Source: an uncultured Thermoleophilia bacterium
GTDB taxonomy: Bacteria > Actinomycetota > Thermoleophilia > Gaiellales > Gaiellaceae
Direction: 5' to 3'
Assembly: GCA_963821575.1 (NCBI GenBank)
Contig: CAWGEJ010000011.1
Span: 241,675 to 305,674, forward strand
Length of the DNA: 64,000 nucleotides
How positions within the stretch are numbered: position 1 is the first letter of the stretch; every line of letters starts with the position of its first letter. Shown in pieces: positions 1-10,202 of this stretch. The translations under genes and the position numbers were made by a program. The notes under the pieces are model-generated. The model saw only the letters and a program-made list of their open reading frames with translations, searched no databases and was not told where the DNA came from.

Positions 1-104
1 AGGTGACGCGATGGATACCGCTCTCGAGCTCCTCGACCATGCCGGGACGGTAGATGACGTGCCGGAGGCGGTGCGCATGGCACCGCCTCCGGCCGCGAGC
101 TGTC

Positions 105-1319
105 CTACCGAGCCTTCGAGAAGATGTGCCCGAAGGGCTGCCAGCCGGTCCCCTTGTACTGCTCGAGGATCTGCTGGTCGATGGGGAACCGCTCCGTGGG
201 CGTCGTGACCATCTTGACGCCCGGGTAGAGGAACGGGTTCACCTGGTTCATGTGCGTCAACGCGGTCATGAGACCCGACCGGGTCGGGTTCGTCCCGGCC
301 GTCTTGAGTGCCTGGACCATCGTCCACGCGCTCGCGACGCCGTAGAGCACGTTCGCGTCGAGCGGATCGGCACCGCTGTCGTACTTGGCGATGATCGCCT
401 TGTACAGCTTGGCCGACGGCGTGTCCGGGTTGTTCCACACGTCGTTGACGTAGGTCGCGGAGATGTCACCCTGGACGTTGGCACCGCTCTTCTGCGCGAG
501 GCCCATGAAGAGCGGCGACGCGGAGACGTTGTTGATGAACGTCGTCGGCTGCCAGCCGACCTTGGTGGCGACGACGAGAGCGGTGATCGTCTGCGTCGGA
601 AGTGCGAAGAGCGCGAACACGTTCGCCCCCGCCGCCTTCAGCTTCACGACCTGCTGGCTCACGTCGGTCGAGGTCGCGTCGTACTTCTCGACGTCGACGA
701 TCTTCGACTTCGCATCACCGAGGCCCTGGACGAGCCCGTTGTAGTAGTTCTGGCCGTAGGCATCGTCCTGCATGAGGACGCCGATCTTCGCCTGCGGAAC
801 CTTGTCCTTGATGAACTGGCCGTAGACCCGCGACTCGCCCGGATAGTCGGGCTGGAAGCCCATCGTCCACGGATACTTCTTGAACTGGAGGCCCCAGTAC
901 GAGTCACCGGTGGCGACGAGCACCTGCGGGACCTTCTTCTGGTTCAGGTAGTCGCGCGTCGCGAGCGTCGGCGCCGTGCCGAGGCTTCCGTAGACCGCGA
1001 AGACCTTGTCCTGCTCCACGAGCTTCTTCGTCATCGGCACCGTGTTCGCCGGGTTGTACCCGTCGTCGTAGTACTTGAAGACGATCTGGCGCTTGTTGAC
1101 GCCGCCGTGGGCGTTGACGTACGAGAAGTACGCGGCCTCGGCCTTCGGGATCACGCTGTACAGCGCGGCGGGCCCGGTCAGCGGGAACGTCCCGCCGATC
1201 GTGATCGTCTTCGACGTGACGCCTGGGGTCGCGGAGGCCGCGGCGAACGCCGTCGAGGCGACAACCGCGGCGAGCACCAGCACTGCGAGCGCGAGCGCTC
1301 CGTTCAACCTTCTAGTCAT
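105..1319 (-). CDS. ABC transporter substrate-binding protein, branched-chain amino acid (Leu/Ile/Val-binding) family
   Basis: Internal ATG of ORF 105..1820 gives the signal peptide MTRRLNGALALAVLVLAAVVASTAFAAASA, then TITIGGTFPLTGPAALY..., typical of type-I periplasmic binding proteins. The start overlaps the upstream permease stop (ATGA at 1316-1319). Confidence 0.85.
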   Translation of the reverse strand: MTRRLNGALALAVLVLAAVVASTAFAAASATPGVTSKTITIGGTFPLTGPAALYSVIPKAEAAYFSYVNAHGGVNKRQIVFKYYDDGYNPANTVPMTKKLVEQDKVFAVYGSLGTAPTLATRDYLNQKKVPQVLVATGDSYWGLQFKKYPWTMGFQPDYPGESRVYGQFIKDKVPQAKIGVLMQDDAYGQNYYNGLVQGLGDAKSKIVDVEKYDATSTDVSQQVVKLKAAGANVFALFALPTQTITALVVATKVGWQPTTFINNVSASPLFMGLAQKSGANVQGDISATYVNDVWNNPDTPSAKLYKAIIAKYDSGADPLDANVLYGVASAWTMVQALKTAGTNPTRSGLMTALTHMNQVNPFLYPGVKMVTTPTERFPIDQQILEQYKGTGWQPFGHIFSKAR

Positions 1320-2290
1320 CTGCCCTCCGTGCCTAGGGAATGGTCTGAACTCTGACCCATGTGGGATCCGAAATGCAAGAAACGCAATAGGTTGGCCGCG
1401 CCCAGGGGTAGCAGGGCCATCACTGCGATGACAACGGCTCCAAAAATCACCGGTACCGCTTGCGACGAACTGACGTGGGTGGAGGTTAGGCCGATCGGGA
1501 GCAGTTCGACGAAGATCGCGCCCACGATCACTCCCCAGAGGGAGCCGAGACCGCCGACAACCGCCCCGATCAGGATGTACAGCGACAGCGTCAGCGCGAA
1601 GACGTCCGGGTTGACGAAGTTGTTGACGAGGACGTAGAGGGACCCGGCGACGGCCGAGAACGCGGCCGAGATCCCGAAACCCAGCGTCTTGTAGAGCGAG
1701 AGGCTCACCCCCGACGATGCCGCCGCGATCTCGCTGTCGCGCACCGATCGGAACGCTCGGCCGGTTCGGCCGCGCAGGATGAGCCACGCGAGCACGAAGA
1801 TGATCCCGGCCACGATCCACGTCGTGCGGTACAGCCAGGCGCCGGTGTGAGTCGGCAGCGCGAGTCCCTCGGTCCCGCCGGTGAAGTTCGGGTAGTTCTT
1901 GGCGATCTGCGGCACGGCGAGTGCGACCGCGAACGTCGTCAGCGCCAGGTAGACGCCGTGGAAGCGCAGTGCGGGCAGCCCCACGACGATCCCGACCGCG
2001 AACCCGACCAGCGCCGCGACCGGCAGGGTCGCGAGGTCGTTCCAGCCGTGGTCGTGGGTCAGGATGGCGGTCGCGTACCCGCCGAAGGCCATGAAGGCTC
2101 CCTGGCCGATCGAGATCTGCCCGGTGTACCCGGTCACGATGTTCTGGCCGAGAATCGCGATGAAGAAGACCGCGACGAGTGCCCCCGTCGAGAGGTGGTA
2201 GTCGGAGAGCGTGAACGACAGCAGCCAGATCACGGCCGCGACGACGACGGCTGCCGTGACGCCGGCGGCCGAGACCGAGTACCTCCTCAT
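1316..2290 (-). CDS. livM: branched-chain amino acid ABC transporter permease (LivM-like)
   Basis: 324-aa multi-TM ORF with the motif GQISIGQGAFMAFGGYATAIL. It lies in the operon between the LivH-like and binding-protein genes. Confidence 0.85.
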   Translation of the reverse strand: MRRYSVSAAGVTAAVVVAAVIWLLSFTLSDYHLSTGALVAVFFIAILGQNIVTGYTGQISIGQGAFMAFGGYATAILTHDHGWNDLATLPVAALVGFAVGIVVGLPALRFHGVYLALTTFAVALAVPQIAKNYPNFTGGTEGLALPTHTGAWLYRTTWIVAGIIFVLAWLILRGRTGRAFRSVRDSEIAAASSGVSLSLYKTLGFGISAAFSAVAGSLYVLVNNFVNPDVFALTLSLYILIGAVVGGLGSLWGVIVGAIFVELLPIGLTSTHVSSSQAVPVIFGAVVIAVMALLPLGAANLLRFLHFGSHMGQSSDHSLGTEGR

Positions 2291-2300
2291 GCTTGCCGCC

Positions 2301-3304
2301 TCATACTCTTCGCACCCTCGTACGGCCGAACAACCCCGACGGTTTGACGAGCAGCACGACCAGCATGAGCACGAACGCGGCCGGCAGCAGGAGTTGCGGT
2401 GTGACCCAGCTCACGTAGCTCCCGAGCAGGTTGAGGACGACACCGATCGCGAGCGCACCGACGACCGCCCCGGCGGCGCTCTCGAGCCCGCCGAGCACTG
2501 CGGCCGCGAAGGCGTAGATGAGGACGCCGTCCATCATCGACGGCTGCAGGAGCACGCTCGGGCTCGCCGCCGCCATCATCCCGGCGACCGCACCGAGCGC
2601 CGCTGCAAGCCCCCAGCCGAGCGAGAGCATCCAGCTGACCCGGATCCCGACCAGGCGCGCCGCGTCCGGCCTTACGGCGGCGGCGCGCATCGCGAGGCCG
2701 AGCTTCGTGAACTGGAACAACAGGTGCAGCACGAGAACCGCCGCGATCGAGATCACGATCGTCGAGATGTCCTGCCTCGAGAACGCGACGCCGCCGACGC
2801 GGTAGATGTGGGCGGGGAACGGCGTGGGCATGAACTTGATGTCGTTGCCCCAGATCCAGCCGATCGAGCCTTCGACGAGGATCAGCAGCCCGATCGATGC
2901 GATCACCACCGTCAGCTGGTTCCCGCGGCGCTCGACGGGTCTGATCGCGGCGATCTGGACGAGGGAGCCCCCGACGAAGGCGATGCCCAACGTGCAGACG
3001 AAGGCGATCCAGTACGTGAGCCCCCAGTCCATCAACTGCCAGGCGATGTAGGTCGCGAACGTCGCGAGCGCGCCCTGGGCGAAGTTGATCACTTCGGTCG
3101 CGCGGTAGATCAGAACGAGCGCAACCGCGAGGCTCGCGTAGATGCCGCCGTTCGCGAGACCGGAGATCACCTGCTGCGCGAAGAGGGAGCTTCGCAGCGA
3201 CCCGATCACGAGGAACACGCAGCCCGCGAGGAGGAGCGACGGGACGACCCAGCTCGTCGTCGGACGGAAAACCGGGCCTCGTTGCTTGATCGTCAGCGTC
3301 GCCA

Positions 3305-3305
<1 letters not shown>
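2301..3305 (-). CDS. livH: branched-chain amino acid ABC transporter permease (LivH-like)
   Basis: 334-aa multi-TM ORF with GLANGGIYASLAVALVLIYRATEVINFAQGALATF. There is a 1-nt start/stop overlap with the upstream ATPase gene. Confidence 0.85.
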
Positions 3306-4012
<707 letters not shown>

Positions 4013-4020
4013 GCGGTCGG

Positions 4021-4051
4021 TCAGTCAACCTGCATTTGATCCATCAGTCAA
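4021..4051. promoter_or_regulatory. 8-bp direct repeat TCAGTCAA x2 in the 48-bp divergent livF/thiolase intergenic region
   Basis: TCAGTCAA occurs at 4021-4028 and 4044-4051, a 23-bp period. The spacer is locally AT-rich and is the only non-coding DNA between the two divergent start codons. Confidence 0.3.
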
Positions 4052-4060
4052 TATTGGCCG

Positions 4061-5209
4061 ATGCCAGACGCCGTGATCGTCTCAACTGCGCGCACGCCGA
4101 TCGGCCGTGCCGCCAAGGGCTCGCTCGTCGACGCCCGCCCCGACGACCTCGCCGCGTTCGCGGTCGAGGCCGCGCTCGAGCAGGTGCCGCAACTCCCGCG
4201 GGAGGAGATCGTTGACGTGATGATCGGCTGCGGCTTCCCGCAGGAGCGACAGGGGATGAACCTGGGGCGCCGCGTTGCGCTGCTGGCCGGCCTCCCGCAA
4301 ACGGTGCCGGGCACGACGGTGAACCGCTTCTGCGCGTCGAGCCTGCAGACGATTCGCATGGCGTTCCACGCGATCAAGGCAGGTGAGGGCGAGGCGTTCG
4401 TCGCCGGCGGCGTCGAGTCGACCTCGCAGGTGAGCGGGTACCCGAAGTCGGAGGAGGAGCTCCATCCGGCGCTCTTCGGCGACGACGCGCCGATCGCGAA
4501 CGTCTACATCCCGATGGGGCTCACCGCCGAGAACGTCGCAGAGCGCTGGAACGTCTCGCGGGAGGAGATGGACCGGTTTGCGCAGCAGTCGCAGGAGCGT
4601 GCCGTGGCCGCGCAGGACTCCGGGTTCTTCGCCCGCGAGATCACGCCGTACGACGGCGTCGACGTGGACGACGGGCCGCGCCGAACGTCGACCTACGAGA
4701 AGCTCGCGGCGCTCGAGCCGGCGTTCAAGCCCGGCGGCAAGGTGACTGCCGGCAACGCCTGCCCGCTGAACGACGGCGCGGCGGCGGTCGTCGTCATGGC
4801 GGCGAACCGCGCGGCCGAGCTCGGGATCGCACCACGCGCGCGCATCCTCGCGTCGAGCGTCTCCGGCGTCGAGCCGGAGATCATGGGCGTCGGCCCGATC
4901 GAGGCGGTGCGCAAAGTGCTCGCGCAGGCGGGCATGACGATCGCCGACGTCGACGTGATGGAGTTGAACGAGGCGTTCGCGGCGCAGGTGCTGCCCGTGT
5001 GCCGCGAGCTGGGCGTCGATCCGTTCAGCGACAAGCTGAACCCGCACGGCGGCGCGATCGCTGTCGGTCATCCGTACGGCATGACCGGCGCGCGGATCAT
5101 GAACACGCTGCTCAACGATCTCGAGACGATGGACCGGTCGATCGGCCTCGAGACGATGTGCGTGGGCGGCGGCCAGGGGATGGCGATGCTCGTGGAGCGT
5201 CTGAGCTAG
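4061..5209 (+). CDS. acetyl-CoA C-acyltransferase (thiolase)
   Basis: 382 aa. N-terminus MPDAVIVSTARTPIGRAAKGSL, active-site Cys region NRFCASSLQ, C-terminal NPHGGAIAVGHPYGMTGAR...CVGGGQGMA. Confidence 0.9.
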   Translation: MPDAVIVSTARTPIGRAAKGSLVDARPDDLAAFAVEAALEQVPQLPREEIVDVMIGCGFPQERQGMNLGRRVALLAGLPQTVPGTTVNRFCASSLQTIRMAFHAIKAGEGEAFVAGGVESTSQVSGYPKSEEELHPALFGDDAPIANVYIPMGLTAENVAERWNVSREEMDRFAQQSQERAVAAQDSGFFAREITPYDGVDVDDGPRRTSTYEKLAALEPAFKPGGKVTAGNACPLNDGAAAVVVMAANRAAELGIAPRARILASSVSGVEPEIMGVGPIEAVRKVLAQAGMTIADVDVMELNEAFAAQVLPVCRELGVDPFSDKLNPHGGAIAVGHPYGMTGARIMNTLLNDLETMDRSIGLETMCVGGGQGMAMLVERLS

Positions 5210-6051
5210 CCCTGAGCGCGCTCGCGCTCGTCCTCGCCCTCGGTTCCGCGATCGTCTGGGGCGCAGCCGATTTCTCCGGCGGCACGCTGACCAAGCGGCT
5301 GCCGGCATTCGGCGTCACGGTCGTCTCGCAGGCCGCAGGGCTCGTCGTGCTCGCTGCAGTCGCCGCCGTCCACGGCGCGGTCGGCGGCCGCTCGTTCGTG
5401 CTCGGCGTGCTCGCCGGCATCGGCGGCGGCGCGGGGCTCGCGGCGTTCTATCGCGCGCTCTCGCTCGGGACGATGAGCGTCGTCTCGCCCGTCGTCGCCT
5501 GCGGCGCGGTCTTGCCGTTCGCCATCTCGATCGCGACCGGGGAACGGCCCACGGTCCTGGCACTCGCCGGGGCAGTGGCCGCGCTCGGCGGCGCTGTGCT
5601 CGCGTCCGTGGAGGAGCGCCGCGCAGAGGCTCCCGAGCGGGCGCGCGCAATCGCGCTCGCGGTCGTCGCGGCGGTCGCGCTCGGCCTCTTCGTCTACTTC
5701 CTCGGTCTCGGCAGCCGGCAAGGTGATGCGCTGTCGACCCTGTTGGGAGCGCGGATCGGGTCGCTGGCGCTCCTCACGCTGGCCGCCACCGCGCGGCGGG
5801 CCCCGATGGGCGTGCCGCGTCGGTGGCTCCTCCCGGTCGCAGCCGTCGGCCTGGCCGACGTGACGGCGAACGTCCTCTTCGCCTTCGCGGCTGGACATTC
5901 ACTGCTCGCGCTCGTCTCGGTGCTCGGCTCGCTCTATCCGGTCGTCACCGTCCTCCTCGCACATGTCCTCCTGGGCGAGCGCCTGACCCGCACCCAGAAG
6001 GTGGGGATCACCGTCGCCCTCGCGGGGGTCGCGGCAATCGCGAGCGGCTGA
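5158..6051 (+). CDS. EamA/DMT family transporter
   Basis: Ten-TM-like hydrophobic ORF (LALGSAIVWGAADFSGG..., ...SLYPVVTVLLAHVLLGERLT). The start is uncertain: GTG at 5158 is the nearest canonical start, and the ATG at 4999 lies deep inside the thiolase gene. Confidence 0.7.
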   Translation: MRGRRPGDGDARGASELALSALALVLALGSAIVWGAADFSGGTLTKRLPAFGVTVVSQAAGLVVLAAVAAVHGAVGGRSFVLGVLAGIGGGAGLAAFYRALSLGTMSVVSPVVACGAVLPFAISIATGERPTVLALAGAVAALGGAVLASVEERRAEAPERARAIALAVVAAVALGLFVYFLGLGSRQGDALSTLLGARIGSLALLTLAATARRAPMGVPRRWLLPVAAVGLADVTANVLFAFAAGHSLLALVSVLGSLYPVVTVLLAHVLLGERLTRTQKVGITVALAGVAAIASG

Positions 6052-6091
6052 CCTCCCACACCTCCCCGCCGGCGCCTCGGCAGTCGATCGA

Positions 6092-6135
6092 CCTGTGGAA
6101 CGTTTGTGACACTTCCGTTACGTCGTTTGGCGACG
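6092..6135. repeat. 44-bp direct repeat, copy 1
   Basis: CCTGTGGAACGTTTGTGACACTTCCGTTACGTCGTTTGGCGACG. It matches copy 2 at 41/44 positions and contains the small hairpin CGTCG-TTTGG-CGACG. Confidence 0.9.
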
Positions 6136-6188
6136 AGCCGCGACTCGCAAGGTCGAAGCGATCCGTGATGCAGAGCTGTATTTCGCCG

Positions 6189-6232
6189 CCTGTGGAAAGT
6201 CTGTGACACTTCCGTAACGTCGTTTGGCGACG
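6189..6232. repeat. 44-bp direct repeat, copy 2
   Basis: CCTGTGGAAAGTCTGTGACACTTCCGTAACGTCGTTTGGCGACG, 97 bp downstream of copy 1, in the gap between convergent genes. Confidence 0.9.
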
Positions 6233-6265
6233 GGACTGGTCTCGCTGCGGCCTGTGCGGAAAGGG

Positions 6266-6934
6266 CTACGTGTGCTCGTCGAGCCACGGTTTCAGTTCCG
6301 ACCACAGATGCTCCATCGTCGTCGTGCGCGAGGGATGGAGCGGGTCGTACGGGATGTAGTTGACCGTACGGACGATCCACGTCCCGTCTGCTCCCAGGTC
6401 GAGCACGTTGATGCACGCCGGAGCCTGTTCGAAGGTGCCGAAGTACGTGCGGCCGCCGGCGAGCGCATGCGACAGCAAGATGCGGTTCACACCGCCGTGG
6501 AACACGGCGAGCGCGGTCTGCCACTCGCGGCCAACGAGCTCGTCGAACGCCGGCAGCACCCGATCGAGCGCCTCGCCGAGGGACTCCCCACCCAGGAATC
6601 GCGCAGCCTCGTCCCGGACCTGCAGCGACCCGACGAAGAGCCCCTCGAGCTCGTCCGGAGGAACGTCGTCCAGCCGGCCGCCGCGCCACTCGGCGAACCC
6701 GGGCCACTGCTCGGGCCGGCTCTCCGGGGCGACGACCGCCGCCGTCTCGAGCGTCCGCGGCAGGCCGCTCGTCACCACCAGGTCGAACGAAACGTCGTCG
6801 AGCGCGCGGTGCGCGGCCGCCGCCTGCTCGAGCCCACGCTCGGTCAGCCGCACGACCTCGGGATCGCGCTCGCCGACGTACGAGACCTCCGCGTGCCGCA
6901 TCAGATAGAGCCGCCTGCGCACGGGACGTAGCAT
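6266..6934 (-). CDS. histidine phosphatase family protein (phosphoglycerate-mutase-like)
   Basis: Internal ATG gives MLRPVRRRLYLMRHAEVSY... (RHG/RHA catalytic motif), then LTERGLEQA and TSGLPRTLETA. Confidence 0.8.
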   Translation of the reverse strand: MLRPVRRRLYLMRHAEVSYVGERDPEVVRLTERGLEQAAAAHRALDDVSFDLVVTSGLPRTLETAAVVAPESRPEQWPGFAEWRGGRLDDVPPDELEGLFVGSLQVRDEAARFLGGESLGEALDRVLPAFDELVGREWQTALAVFHGGVNRILLSHALAGGRTYFGTFEQAPACINVLDLGADGTWIVRTVNYIPYDPLHPSRTTTMEHLWSELKPWLDEHT

Positions 6935-6941
6935 CGCAGCG

Positions 6942-7973
6942 ATGGCCGACAAGCCTCCGCTGATCGTCGAGCAGAACGTCGAGGCCTTCCTCGACGAGCG
7001 GGGCCTCGGGAGCGGGCCGATCGTCGCGACGCGCATCGGCGACGGCGGCGGCTCGAACTTCACGTTCCTGATCGAGCGCGGCGACGACAGGTTCGTCCTC
7101 CGGCGCCCGCCACGCCCCCCGCTGCCGCCCACCGCACACGACATGGTGCGCGAGGCCGGCCTCCAGAACGCGATCCGCGCCGCCGGCTTCGCTCGGCTCG
7201 CGGAGATCGTCGCCGTCTGCGAGGACGAGAGCGTGCTCGGCGTGCCCTTCTACGTGATGCGCTACCTCGACGGGCACGTGATCACGAGCGTGCTGCCGCC
7301 GGGTCTCGAGACGAACCAGGCACGCCGGGCGCTCGGATTCGACCTCGTGGACACGCTCGTCGAGATCCACTCGGCCGACGTCTCGCGCGACGAGCTCGCC
7401 GCCTTCGCGCGACCCGGCAGCTACCCGGAGCGTCAGGTGCGCCGCTTCACTCAGCTCTGGGAGATCAACAAGACACGCGAGCTGACACAGGTCGAACAGG
7501 TCGGAGCGTGGCTCGCGGGCAACCTGCCGGAGCCGCTGCCGCCCACGGTCGTGCACGGGGACTACCGCCTCGGGAACATGATGGTCGCGCCCGCGAAGCC
7601 AACGCGGATCGTCGCGGTCCTGGACTGGGAGATGGGCGCGATCGGCGACCCGCGCGCCGATGTCGGCTACCTGCTCGCGACCTACACCGAGCCTGACGGG
7701 CGCGCGAGCCCGCTCGGCTCGTCACCGGTCACGGGCGAGCCCGGCTTCCCGACCCGGGCGCAGCTCGTCGATCGTTACGAAGAGCGCAGCGGCCGAGACG
7801 TGCAGCCCCTCCCCTGGTTCGAAGCGCTCGCGCTGTGGAAGGCGGCGGTGTTCTGCGAGGCGATCTACGGGCGCTTCATCCGCGGTGAGCTCGGCACAGA
7901 AGACACACGCGCCGCGATCTTCGAGCACGCGGTGCCGCTGCTGGCGGAGACCGCCCTCGCGACGATCAGCTAG
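6942..7973 (+). CDS. phosphotransferase family protein (APH/ACAD10-type kinase fold)
   Basis: 343 aa with GGGSNFTFLIERGDDRFVLRRPP, VHGDYRLGNMM (Brenner motif) and VLDWEMGAIGDP. Confidence 0.8.
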   Translation: MADKPPLIVEQNVEAFLDERGLGSGPIVATRIGDGGGSNFTFLIERGDDRFVLRRPPRPPLPPTAHDMVREAGLQNAIRAAGFARLAEIVAVCEDESVLGVPFYVMRYLDGHVITSVLPPGLETNQARRALGFDLVDTLVEIHSADVSRDELAAFARPGSYPERQVRRFTQLWEINKTRELTQVEQVGAWLAGNLPEPLPPTVVHGDYRLGNMMVAPAKPTRIVAVLDWEMGAIGDPRADVGYLLATYTEPDGRASPLGSSPVTGEPGFPTRAQLVDRYEERSGRDVQPLPWFEALALWKAAVFCEAIYGRFIRGELGTEDTRAAIFEHAVPLLAETALATIS

Positions 7974-8964
7974 CCGCTTCGGCGACCCCGCGGAGCGTCG
8001 CGGCGTCGCGCGTCGAGACGAGCAGCGTCGTCGCACCGCTCTCCCGCCAGGCGGCGAGACGGTCGCGGATCCGCTCGACGGAGCCGACGAGCGCAACCTC
8101 GTCGACAAACGCATCGGGGACCTTCGCCGCCGCTTCGCGCTGGTTGCCTCCGAGGAACAGATCCTGGATCTCCCTCGCCTCCGCCTCGTAGCCGTAGCGC
8201 GTGAAGAGATCGTTGTAGAAGTTCTTGCCGCGGGCGCCCATGCCGCCGATGTAGAACGAGTAGTACTCCTTCAGCATCGCCCGCCCGGAGTCGACGTCGT
8301 CGGTGACGATCGCCGGCGTGGACGGTGCGATGTCGAAGCCTGCACGTGCTCTGGCGAGCGGGAAGACCGCGCGCGCCTGCTCGGGCGACCAGAAGATCGG
8401 AAGCCAGCCGTCGGCGATCTCGAAGGCCTGCTCGACGGCCTTCGGCGCGATCGCCGCGAGGTAGATCGGGATCTCCGGCCGTACCGGGCGCGCCATCAGC
8501 TTCAGCGGCTTGCCGAGGCCGGTGCCACCCTGCAGCGGGATGTCGTAGTGGTCGCCGTGGTGCTCCAGGCGCTCCCGGCGCACGATCGCCCTGACGATGT
8601 CGACGTACTCCCGCGTCTTCCCGAGCGGCTTCCCCCACTCCTGCCCGTGCCAGCCCTCGACGACCTGCGGGCCCGAGGTGCCGAGCCCCATCAGGAACCG
8701 GCCGCCCGAGAGCAGATCGAGCGTCACGGCGGTCATCGCCGCGTTCGCCGGCGAGCGGCCCGGGAGCTGCATGATCGCTGTGCCGAGCTTCAGGGTCGTC
8801 GTCTGGGCCCCGAGCCAGGCGAGCGGCGTGATCGCGTCCACCCCCCACGCCTCGGCGGCCCACGCCGAGTCGTACCCCAGCGTCTCCGCCTCTCGCGCCA
8901 GCTCGAGCAGCTCGAGTGGATTCGTGCCGGGCTGGGCATACCCCATGTAGAAGCCGAGCCGCAT
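7966..8964 (-). CDS. LLM-class (luciferase-like) F420-dependent oxidoreductase
   Basis: 332 aa with MRLGFYMGY..., YDSAWAAEAWGVDAITPLAWL and LGTAIMQLPGRSPA. Its 3' end overlaps the convergent gene by 8 nt. Confidence 0.8.
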   Translation of the reverse strand: MRLGFYMGYAQPGTNPLELLELAREAETLGYDSAWAAEAWGVDAITPLAWLGAQTTTLKLGTAIMQLPGRSPANAAMTAVTLDLLSGGRFLMGLGTSGPQVVEGWHGQEWGKPLGKTREYVDIVRAIVRRERLEHHGDHYDIPLQGGTGLGKPLKLMARPVRPEIPIYLAAIAPKAVEQAFEIADGWLPIFWSPEQARAVFPLARARAGFDIAPSTPAIVTDDVDSGRAMLKEYYSFYIGGMGARGKNFYNDLFTRYGYEAEAREIQDLFLGGNQREAAAKVPDAFVDEVALVGSVERIRDRLAAWRESGATTLLVSTRDAATLRGVAEAAS

Positions 8965-8999
8965 TGGTTCGAACGCTACTCCTCTGCGATGCTACGAGA

Positions 9000-10202
9000 A
9001 TGACCACCTCAAGCTTTGCGCCACCCGCCGAGCGGCTCGAGCAGGTCCGCGCCTTCATGCACGAGCGCGTGCTTCCGAACGAGCACATCCTCGACCAGGA
9101 GAACGACGCGTCGGAGGCGCTCGTCGCGGCCTTGCGGGACGAGGTGCGCGAGCTCGGGCTGTGGGCGCCGCACGTGCCGCCAGAGGCGGGCGGCACCGGC
9201 ACCGGCTTCCTCGACTACGCGTACCTGAACGAGCAGATCGGCTTGACCGTGTGGGGCCAGCTGATCTTCGGATGCCAGGCGCCGGACGCCGGCAACGCGG
9301 AGATCCTCCACATGTTCGGCACCGAGGCGCAGAAGGAACGCTGGCTCTTCCCGCTCGTCGCGGGCCAGATCCGGTCGTTCTTCTCGATGACCGAGCCGGA
9401 AGTGCCGGGCTCGGACCCGACGACGCTGCGCACGCGCGCTGTGCGCGACGGCGACGACTGGGTGATCGACGGCCACAAGTGGTTCTCGTCAGGGGCTGAG
9501 GGCGCGGCCTTCGGGATCGTGATGGCGGTCACCGACCCGGACGCTGCGCCGCACGCACGCGCGACCCAGATCATCGTCCCGGTCGACACGCCGGGAGTCG
9601 ACGTCGTGCGCCCGGTCCCCGTGATGGGCCATGCCGGCCGCGGCTGGTCGACGCACTGCGAGGTGCGCTACAGCGGCGTTCGCGTGCCGGTGGCGAACAC
9701 GCTCGGCGCCGAGGGCGCCGGCTTCCTGATCGCGCAGAAGCGCCTCGGCCCCGGTCGCATCCACCACGTGATGCGGTGGCTCGCGCAGATGCAGCGTGCG
9801 TTCGACCTGATGTGCCGTTACTCGCTCGAGCGCGAGACCTTCGGAGAGCCGCTCGCCAGGAAGCAGACGGTGCAGAACTGGATCGCCGACAGCTACGTCG
9901 AGATCCAGGCGTGCCGTCTGATGACGCTCGACGCGGCGCACAAGATCGACGCGGGAGACGAGGCTCGCGTCGAGGTCTCCGCGATCAAGTTCTTCGCCGC
10001 GAAGGTCATGAACGACGTGATCGACCGCGCGATCCAGGTGCACGGGGCGAAGGGCCTGACCGACGAGACGCCGCTCGCTCACATGGCGATGATGGCGCGC
10101 GGCGGCCGGATCTACGACGGGCCCGACGAGGTGCACCGGCAGGTCGTCGCCAAGCGGATCCTGCGTGCGTTTGCCGACGGGGACGGGTGGCAGTTCCAAT
10201 GA
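9000..10202 (+). CDS. acyl-CoA dehydrogenase
   Basis: ATG at 9000 gives MTTSSFAPPAERLEQVRAFMHERVLP... The ORF has ACAD N/M/C domains (SFFSMTEPEVPGSDP, DGHKWFSSGA, QVHGAKGLTDETPLA). Confidence 0.85.
   Translation: MTTSSFAPPAERLEQVRAFMHERVLPNEHILDQENDASEALVAALRDEVRELGLWAPHVPPEAGGTGTGFLDYAYLNEQIGLTVWGQLIFGCQAPDAGNAEILHMFGTEAQKERWLFPLVAGQIRSFFSMTEPEVPGSDPTTLRTRAVRDGDDWVIDGHKWFSSGAEGAAFGIVMAVTDPDAAPHARATQIIVPVDTPGVDVVRPVPVMGHAGRGWSTHCEVRYSGVRVPVANTLGAEGAGFLIAQKRLGPGRIHHVMRWLAQMQRAFDLMCRYSLERETFGEPLARKQTVQNWIADSYVEIQACRLMTLDAAHKIDAGDEARVEVSAIKFFAAKVMNDVIDRAIQVHGAKGLTDETPLAHMAMMARGGRIYDGPDEVHRQVVAKRILRAFADGDGWQFQ

Noticed and set aside
1-41. A possible 5' end of a minus-strand gene (ATGGTCGAGGAGCTCGAGAGC...) running off the left edge.
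   Set aside because: Only 13 codons are visible, with no recognisable motif. That is not enough to support a feature.
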